DNA of 10,013 bases from Methanobacterium sp. (lineage in GTDB: Archaea; Methanobacteriota; Methanobacteria; Methanobacteriales; Methanobacteriaceae), in assembly GCA_003166335.1 (NCBI GenBank), contig PMWA01000069.1, positions 1 to 10,013 on the forward strand, read 5' to 3'. Shown here piece by piece: positions 1 to 6,000 of this stretch. Each line of letters begins with the position of its first letter. The first letter of the stretch is position 1. Both the position numbers and the translations under genes were made by a program. Below the pieces are notes generated by a model. That model searched no databases, was not told where the DNA came from, and saw only the letters and a program-made list of their open reading frames with translations.

Positions 1-705
1 GGTATGGTTACTGAAAAAGATTTAAGCCATAAAATGAGAGGGAATGGTCCTGAATGGAAAAGTAGACCTATAGATAAAATATCAATAAGACGTGCCATGA
101 CAGAAAATTTAATCACCACAGATCCCTCAGAGAATGTAACAAGTGTAGTGGAACTCATGATAAAAAATGGTATCAGTTCCGTACCGGTTGTTGATGAAGA
201 AGGATTAGCAGGGATAGTTACAAAAACAGATCTCATAAAGTATTACAACGATAAATATCAGGGTAAATGGAAGGTATCTGATCTCATGAGTAAACATATG
301 GTAACCGTTAATGAAAATCACAGTATTGCACATGTGATTAGTGTAATGGAAAATAATAATGTTAGTAAAATAATAGTTATACGTGATAATGAAGCTGTAG
401 GTATCATTACTCCTGAGAATATCTCATTTGCTTATGTGGAAGATCCTGAAACTGGTGTGAGTGTGGAAAAAATTTATTTCATAAGTAATTCCAATGGAAA
501 AGATAAGAAAAATGTTAAAATGATTTCTATGCTCACAGCAGGAGATATTATGAAAAATCACCTCATAAAAATTGATAAAGATGAAGACGCTGCTAAAGCC
601 ACGGCTATAATGCTTCGTGAGGGTATAAGTGGTTTGCCCGTTGTTGAAGATGATGAAGTGGTGGGTATTATCACTAAAACAGATTTAATTAGAGGTATTC
701 AATAA
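1..705 (+). CDS. CBS-domain protein (stand-alone tandem CBS repeats, 'IMPDH-related'), 5'-truncated by the window edge
   Basis: The frame is open from base 1 (GGT ATG GTT ACT GAA AAA GAT = GMVTEKD, itself the end of a CBS repeat), so the ATG at 4 is internal. Repeated CBS signatures follow: ISSVPVVD..GIVTKTDL, VSKIIVI..GIITPENI, ISGLPVVE..GIITKTDL. Stop TAA at 703-705. Confidence 0.9.
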   Translation, partial: GMVTEKDLSHKMRGNGPEWKSRPIDKISIRRAMTENLITTDPSENVTSVVELMIKNGISSVPVVDEEGLAGIVTKTDLIKYYNDKYQGKWKVSDLMSKHMVTVNENHSIAHVISVMENNNVSKIIVIRDNEAVGIITPENISFAYVEDPETGVSVEKIYFISNSNGKDKKNVKMISMLTAGDIMKNHLIKIDKDEDAAKATAIMLREGISGLPVVEDDEVVGIITKTDLIRGIQ

Positions 706-748
706 ATCACAAATCTTTTATAAAAAAAGTTATTTGGAGATGAAAAAA

Positions 749-1570
749 ATGCATGTAAAAGATGTAATGAGCAGAGAAGTTTTTCATGTGGATAAGGATC
801 AGAATATACACGATGCATTGAAACTCATGAAAAAGCATAAAATCTCCCGACTCCCAGTAATAAACACTAATAACAGCCATATTAAAGAACTGGTTGGAAT
901 AATGACTGAGAAAGATATTGGGCGTCGTCTGGGATCATCTCGCTATGGTAACTTGGCACCTTCTCATTTCCATGTTTCCACGGTTATGACTTCTGAACCC
1001 TTAACCATTGAAAGTAATGAAAGTATAGGAAAGGCAGCTCAATTATTGATTGAAAATAAGATTGGTGGATTGCCGGTGGTGGATGATGGTGAAATCATAG
1101 GTATGATTACTAAAACAGATTTTATAACTACTTGTCAGGGAAGGCCTTTCCATGAAATCACGGTTGGTGAAAGGATGACCTCTAATCCTATAACAGTTAA
1201 TTCTCAGGATAGATTAGTGCACGCAAGAAGATTAATAATAGATGAAGGAATCGGAAGATTACCAGTAATGGAGGGCGACGAGCTAAGTGGAATCCTCACG
1301 GCCAAGGATATTGCGCAATCTATGATATCTTTTAGAAAAGTAGTTCCGGATAAATATAAACCTGCCAGAATCAGAAATCTACTAGTAGGGGATGTCATGA
1401 CTCAAAACGTTAAAACAGTTAGTGAAGATTCCTTAATTGAAGAAGTAGCAACTATAATGGTGGAAAATAATTTCAGTGGTCTGCCAGTTGTTAAAAATGG
1501 AATAATTAAAGGTATCATCACCAAAACGGATCTTTTAAAACTCATTATGGAACTTGAGGAGGTTCACTGA
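749..1570 (+). CDS. CBS-domain protein (4 CBS repeats, two Bateman modules), putative adenyl-nucleotide sensor
   Basis: Four CBS motifs: ISRLPVI..GIMTEKDI, IGGLPVV..GMITKTDF, IGRLPVM..GILTAKDI, FSGLPVV..GIITKTDL. The ORF track starts at TTG 734. ATG 749 (MHVKDVMS) is preferred because SD-like GGAGATG (736-742) precedes it by 6 nt. Stop TGA at 1568-1570. Confidence 0.9.
   Translation: MHVKDVMSREVFHVDKDQNIHDALKLMKKHKISRLPVINTNNSHIKELVGIMTEKDIGRRLGSSRYGNLAPSHFHVSTVMTSEPLTIESNESIGKAAQLLIENKIGGLPVVDDGEIIGMITKTDFITTCQGRPFHEITVGERMTSNPITVNSQDRLVHARRLIIDEGIGRLPVMEGDELSGILTAKDIAQSMISFRKVVPDKYKPARIRNLLVGDVMTQNVKTVSEDSLIEEVATIMVENNFSGLPVVKNGIIKGIITKTDLLKLIMELEEVH
1557..1563 (+). promoter_or_regulatory. 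Shine-Dalgarno AGGAGGT at the end of the CBS gene, positioned for ATT at 1571
   Basis: 7-nt match to the archaeal SD consensus AGGAGGTGA, lying 7 nt before the in-frame ATT at 1571. No SD-like sequence precedes ATG 1610. Confidence 0.6.
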
Positions 1571-2821
1571 ATTTTATCAGAGATAAAATGTAGTCATTGT
1601 AGTTACAGAATGAATGTAAATACGGAAAAAGATTTTCCCAAAACTATTTTTTTTAATTGCTCATCATGTAGTAACAATTATGAACTAACTTTAAAAGAGT
1701 TTATAGTTAAAGAACTTCCCAGAATAATTGATATAGATCATAATAGACTCCTTGAAGCCTATAATAATAGTAATCTGAAATTTTACCACAGTAAATATTT
1801 TAATGCTCTGCAATTCCGTAAAAGTCTGGGAAAGATTGAAGCAGGGACCATGGTCTGTTTTGATAATGAAATTCATGTTATAAGAGGATTTCCCAAGATA
1901 AGAAGGACTTTAATGCTTTCAAAAGCATTAGAGAAACATTTTAATGGTGAAGTAGCTGTTGAAGAGAAAATGAATGGTTATAATGTTCGTATAGCATCAA
2001 TAAATGGTAAAATAATTGCCTTTACACGAGGAGGTTATATATGTCCTTACACTACTAAAAAAGCCCCTCAACTTATGGATTTAAACCAATTTTCCCAGGA
2101 GAATCCGGATCTAGTGATCTGTGGTGAGATGGTGGGAGTAGAAAACCCTTACGTATCCCATTATTACCCTGAAATCGGTAAATTAGGATTTAGAATATTC
2201 GATATAAGAAAAAAGCATTCTAATAAACCATTATCTATTAAAGAAAAAAGAAACATTCTACAAAAATATGATCTTCCATCAGTCAGACATTTAGGAGTTT
2301 ACAGTCTTAAAGACGCTCCCTCTAAAATAATGGAGCTGGTTAAGGAGTTAGGGAAAGACAGTAGGGAGGGAGTGGTCATAAAAGACTTGGAAATGCAGAT
2401 ACCTCCCCTTAAGTACACAGCTTCTCAAGCGCATGATGATGAATTGATATATGCATTTAAATATCCATTTGATTTAGGGAAAGCTTTTTTCTTTAGCAGA
2501 GTAATTCGGGAGGGCTTTCAAGCTTATGAGATGAACGAATCAGCTGAAGAGTTAGGGAAAAGGGCTCAGAGATTGGGTGAATCAATTTTATATCCATTGA
2601 TGGGAACTATAAATCATGTTGCAGAACATAAAGTGGCTGGAGAAGACTTGTTAATGGATGCAGATACTATGGAAGAAGCAGAGGAATTCGTGCGGCATCT
2701 GCGTGATCTGGGAGTTTTGGCTAAGGTAATTGAATTTAAAGATGGTAAGGCGGTTATAAGAAGGATACATCAATCCACTACTGATAAAATAAATAATTAT
2801 ATAAATGGCGGTTTATACTAA
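1571..2821 (+). CDS. ATP-dependent RNA ligase, archaeal Rnl3 family (Pab1020/MthRnl-like), with N-terminal CxxC-x19-CxxC extension. Start uncertain: ATT 1571 proposed, first ATG is 1610
   Basis: Nucleotidyltransferase motifs: I EEKMNGYNVR (adenylated Lys codon 1967-1969), Ia FTRGG, III CGEMVG, IIIa FRIFD, IV REGVVIKD, V LKY. Family-typical IRGFPKIRR and C-terminal region FFFSRVIREGFQ...QSTTDKINNYINGGLY are also present. Confidence 0.92.
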   Translation: MLSEIKCSHCSYRMNVNTEKDFPKTIFFNCSSCSNNYELTLKEFIVKELPRIIDIDHNRLLEAYNNSNLKFYHSKYFNALQFRKSLGKIEAGTMVCFDNEIHVIRGFPKIRRTLMLSKALEKHFNGEVAVEEKMNGYNVRIASINGKIIAFTRGGYICPYTTKKAPQLMDLNQFSQENPDLVICGEMVGVENPYVSHYYPEIGKLGFRIFDIRKKHSNKPLSIKEKRNILQKYDLPSVRHLGVYSLKDAPSKIMELVKELGKDSREGVVIKDLEMQIPPLKYTASQAHDDELIYAFKYPFDLGKAFFFSRVIREGFQAYEMNESAEELGKRAQRLGESILYPLMGTINHVAEHKVAGEDLLMDADTMEEAEEFVRHLRDLGVLAKVIEFKDGKAVIRRIHQSTTDKINNYINGGLY

Positions 2822-2822
2822 A

Positions 2823-2832
2823 TTTTTTTTTA
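2823..2832 (+). terminator. Candidate archaeal oligo-T terminator after the RNA ligase
   Basis: A run of 10 T starts 2 nt after the TAA stop (2819-2821). Confidence 0.45.
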
Positions 2833-2852
2833 TTATAAAAATAGTGAATAAT

Positions 2853-3716
2853 ATGAATAATAATAAACTAAAAATTGATGAATTGGAAGAAAACATTCTA
2901 AGTAGTGTTAAAATCGGATTTTTCGGTCCTTCGGGATCGTTTACAGAGGAAGCAGCTTTAACCTTAGAAGGGGAGCTCGTGGCGTTTTATACTATTCCTG
3001 AAGTTTTTGATGCTGTCAGTCAAGATAAAGTGGATATTGGAGTAGTTCCAATTGAAAATTCAATAGAAGGATCAGTAGGCATAACTCTCGATTTATTAGC
3101 ACATGATTATGATTTAAAGATTAAAAATGAGATAATACTCCCTATTAGTCATAATCTTTTAGTTAACCATAATATGATTGTGGATAATATAAAAATCATA
3201 TATTCACATCCACAGGCTTTATCACAATGCAGAAAGTTTATAGAGGGTCTTGATATAGTTACACAATCAGCACCAAGCACGTCTGCAGCGGCTGAATTGA
3301 TTGTAGGTAAAAAATACGCTGCAGCTATTAGTACTGTAAGAGCAGCTCAAATATATGGTTTGGATATTGCAGTAAGTAATATTCAAGATTATAAAAATAA
3401 TTTAACCAGATTTGTAGTTGTTAGTAAGCAAGATCACCGTCGGACGAATAATGATAAAACTTCGATTGTTTTTTCTCTTCCAGAAGATAGAGCGGGTGGA
3501 TTATACGAAATATTAGGAGAATTTGCAGAAAAAAATGTTAATTTAACTAAAATTGAATCTAGACCTTCTAAGGAGAAATTGGGCAGATATATATTCTTTG
3601 TGGATTTGGAAGGGCATCGTGAGGACCTACGGATAAGAAACATTTTAAATGTAATAAAATCAGAAGTAAGATATATAAAGATCATTGGTTCATATCCTAA
3701 AGAAAGACCTGATTGA
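2853..3716 (+). CDS. pheA: Prephenate dehydratase (monofunctional PDT + ACT domain)
   Basis: Motifs GPSGSFTEEAA, GVVPIENSIEGSV, YSHPQALSQC, catalytic N-x-TRF (NLTRF), and ACT domain with NLTKIESRP and YIFFVD. No chorismate mutase domain. ATG 2853 (or GTG 2844) is preferred over the track's 2805, which overlaps the ligase and reads through the T-tract. Confidence 0.95.
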   Translation: MNNNKLKIDELEENILSSVKIGFFGPSGSFTEEAALTLEGELVAFYTIPEVFDAVSQDKVDIGVVPIENSIEGSVGITLDLLAHDYDLKIKNEIILPISHNLLVNHNMIVDNIKIIYSHPQALSQCRKFIEGLDIVTQSAPSTSAAAELIVGKKYAAAISTVRAAQIYGLDIAVSNIQDYKNNLTRFVVVSKQDHRRTNNDKTSIVFSLPEDRAGGLYEILGEFAEKNVNLTKIESRPSKEKLGRYIFFVDLEGHREDLRIRNILNVIKSEVRYIKIIGSYPKERPD

Positions 3717-3724
3717 TGTAGGAG

Positions 3725-4357
3725 ATGATTGATATAATTCCCGATAAAGAGAAGCTTATTAATAGCTTAAATGAACTAGAATTTGAATTTAAGAAGGGTA
3801 ATATATCTAAAGATTCTTATAATTCACAAAAAAAAAGATTAGAAGATAAAATAGATACTACAGAAATTGTAGATAGAGTTAAAAAACTCCAGGGTAAAAA
3901 TGAAGCTGATAAAACTCTCGATTACTGGACTCAGAAGAAAAACGAGGATAAAGTTCAAGAAGAAAAAGAAGAGCTTATGCGAAAGTTTATGACTTCCTCT
4001 AAAACTCATGATTTAAGGACAATTAAAGAAAAAAAACGAGGGATTAATAGAAATCGTACAATATTAGCAACTTTATTGGCCGTAATATTTATTTCGGGTG
4101 TTGCATTTGGATTTGTAGTCATTAATGGTTCTGTTGAATCATCGGCAGTACCTATGTCAATAAATCAAAGCGCATTTCCTTCTAATAACAATACTAATAT
4201 TACAACTAATAATACATTAAACACAAGCCAAACCAGTCAATTAACAACAACTAATTCTAATACTGGTAGTACACCTACTAGTACAAATACTGGTACACCT
4301 ACTAGTACAAAAACTGGCAGTACACCTACTAGTAATAGCAGTAGTAGTAATGGGTAA
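3725..4357 (+). CDS. Hypothetical single-pass membrane protein: charged helical N-terminus, one TM helix, Thr/Ser/Asn-rich C-terminal tail
   Basis: K/E-rich N-terminal ~110 aa. Hydrophobic segment TILATLLAVIFISGVAFGFVVI is preceded by basic KKRGINRNR (positive-inside rule). The low-complexity tail carries several N-x-S/T sequons. Confidence 0.8.
   Translation: MIDIIPDKEKLINSLNELEFEFKKGNISKDSYNSQKKRLEDKIDTTEIVDRVKKLQGKNEADKTLDYWTQKKNEDKVQEEKEELMRKFMTSSKTHDLRTIKEKKRGINRNRTILATLLAVIFISGVAFGFVVINGSVESSAVPMSINQSAFPSNNNTNITTNNTLNTSQTSQLTTTNSNTGSTPTSTNTGTPTSTKTGSTPTSNSSSSNG
4262..4333 (+). repeat. Three imperfect in-frame tandem repeats encoding TG(S)TPTS(TN/TK)
   Basis: actggtagtacacctactagtacaaat (4262-4288), actggtacacctactagtacaaaa (4289-4312), actggcagtacacctactagt (4313-4333). 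Shared core acacctactagt. Confidence 0.9.
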
Positions 4358-4465
4358 TACTGGTTAATGAAAATTAAACATTTAAATTCTTTTTTATATT
4401 TTATAATGAATAAAGAGTATTTAAAAAGGAGACACAGTAACTACATATATATTACAGGTGAATAA

Positions 4466-5002
4466 ATGAATAAGTATCCTCTTTTAATAATAACTCTTCT
4501 ATCTCTAGTTATTTTAGCATCTGGATGCGTTAGCAACAATAATTTGAATCAAACTAAAACTTACTCTCAAAATGGAATTTACTTCGTTTATAATGGAACC
4601 TGGGAAATTGCTAACACATCATCAACCAATGCAGTAACAGGAGTAGGTGATCCTAATACAGTAAACTCTCAAACTCATGAACCGAATACTTTCGTAATCA
4701 TCCAGAAACCAAACGTTACAATGAATACAGATCTACAAATGGCTTATACTCAAAACTACGCAACTTTTTTCAATAATACGAGTAATATGCCAATATCAGA
4801 AGCTAATATCACTTTAAATAATAATACGGCACTTGAAAATACTTATATAACTACAAGTAATGGTGCGCAAAGCGAGATGATGGCGGTTTGGGTTTCACAA
4901 AATGGTCAAATATATGTAATTCTATGTGGAGCACCTCCAAATAATTTTGAAAATCAGCAAAAGAACTTTAATATTATCATAAATAGTTTCAAGCTTCAGT
5001 AA
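4466..5002 (+). CDS. Secreted lipoprotein, PsbP/Mog1-like (DUF1795-like) fold likely
   Basis: Signal peptide MNKYPLLIITLLSLVILASG-C with a lipobox. Pattern YSQNGIYFVYNGTW ... ANITLNNNTA ... GQIYVILCGA ... FNIIINSFKLQ is typical of PsbP-related proteins in Methanobacteriales. SD AGGTGA at 4456-4461. Confidence 0.75.
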   Translation: MNKYPLLIITLLSLVILASGCVSNNNLNQTKTYSQNGIYFVYNGTWEIANTSSTNAVTGVGDPNTVNSQTHEPNTFVIIQKPNVTMNTDLQMAYTQNYATFFNNTSNMPISEANITLNNNTALENTYITTSNGAQSEMMAVWVSQNGQIYVILCGAPPNNFENQQKNFNIIINSFKLQ

Positions 5003-5154
5003 ATGTTCGAATATTTAAATTTCTTCGAGTACATTTCAATTATTTCTTAATATTAAATTTTATTTGATTATTAAATTTGAAAATAATAGATTAAAATTGC
5101 TCCTTTTAGTTATATTAAATGGATTCCCAATTTTATAGCTAATGCATCAAATGC

Positions 5155-5168
5155 AAAAATTATATATT
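5155..5168 (+). promoter_or_regulatory. Candidate BRE/TATA promoter in the 460-bp intergenic region
   Basis: AAAAA-TTATATATT, an A-rich BRE followed by a TTATATA box. The background is AT-rich, so specificity is low. Confidence 0.35.
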
Positions 5169-5381
5169 AAGGACAGCCATACACTTATATCTGTATAAGT
5201 TATAACTATATAGACAGAGTAGTGAGCATTAAAATAATCATATATCTGCTTTTATTTTAGCTAAATCTTTAAAATTTAAAACTTAACTTTATGGATTATT
5301 CAAATCGGTCATAATCAACTAATAATTAGAATTACTACTATCAATTCATCTTAAAAATTATAATCATAATATGAACATTAA

Positions 5382-5404
5382 TAAATCTTAGAACTTAAGA
5401 TTTA
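5382..5404. promoter_or_regulatory. Perfect 9-bp inverted repeat TAAATCTTA-gaact-TAAGATTTA (operator or RNA hairpin)
   Basis: Arms 5382-5390 and 5396-5404 are exact reverse complements. It lies about 18 nt downstream of AAAAA-TTATAAT (5353-5364) and about 60 nt upstream of the NusA-like start. Confidence 0.5.
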
Positions 5405-5462
5405 GTTGATTGAATATGTAAAATTCAAGATTATCAAAAAAATAGAACAAGGAGGAATGTAA

Positions 5463-5960
5463 ATGGTATTGCCAGTCTGCGATGTCTGTCTCAAGAGCGG
5501 TATGCTATGTCAAGGGTGTGAAAATAAATTAAAAAGTGGTGAGATCACACAAATGGACTTGGACATTGCTAAATTACTTTATAAATTAGGCGAGGGTAAA
5601 ATCGGATTTAAAAAGACCATAGAAATAGGTGACACAGTTATAATTGTTACAGATAAGGAACAAGTAGGAAAACTAATAGGAAAAAGCGGTAAAATAGTTA
5701 GAGAAATATCCCGTAGTATTGAGAAGAAAGTGCGAGTGGTGGGTGAGAATTCAGATTTACGTGCAGTAGCTAAAGATATACTAGCGCCAGCCAGACTTTC
5801 AGGGATAAATATAGTTTATGGTAAAGATGGACAGAAAAAATATAAAATTAGAGTTATGGCTGAGGATTCTAGAAGAATACCCGGTAGATTAGATGTTTTA
5901 AACAGCATAATCAAAGAATTAACCTCTGAAGATACTCTGGTAGTGGTAGACAGAAAATAA
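5463..5960 (+). CDS. Zinc-finger + KH-domain NusA-like protein (archaeal NusA paralog, NusA2-type)
   Basis: N-terminal CDVC-x6-CQGC, followed by a KH domain with a GxxG loop (VGKLIGKSGKIVREI) and a second degenerate KH-like domain. SD AGGAGG at 5450-5455. Confidence 0.85.
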   Translation: MVLPVCDVCLKSGMLCQGCENKLKSGEITQMDLDIAKLLYKLGEGKIGFKKTIEIGDTVIIVTDKEQVGKLIGKSGKIVREISRSIEKKVRVVGENSDLRAVAKDILAPARLSGINIVYGKDGQKKYKIRVMAEDSRRIPGRLDVLNSIIKELTSEDTLVVVDRK

Positions 5961-6000
5961 GTTGATAAATGATTTACAATTTTGAATCAGAGTTGATTGT

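Noticed and set aside
1204..1398. 64-aa minus-strand ORF
   Set aside because: Antisense shadow of the CBS gene with no recognisable motif.
1568..1570. In-frame TGA as a selenocysteine codon
   Set aside because: Sec decoding is not established for Methanobacteriales, no SECIS-like GC stem was seen, and the position is a linker rather than a catalytic Cys site.
1691..1876. 61-aa minus-strand ORF
   Set aside because: Antisense to the RNA ligase with no supporting features.
2805..2852. N-terminal extension of pheA in the ORF track
   Set aside because: It overlaps the ligase 3' end and translates a poly-T tract (KFFFII). ATG 2853 or GTG 2844 is more plausible.
3434..3685. 83-aa minus-strand ORF
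   Set aside because: Antisense shadow of pheA.
5003..5462. Box C/D guide RNA, tRNA or CRISPR array in the long gap; micro-ORFs MDSQFYS (5120) and MDYSNRS (5291)
   Set aside because: No RUGAUGA...CUGA box pair, cloverleaf or regularly spaced repeats were found. The 7-codon ORFs lack an SD and are expected by chance.
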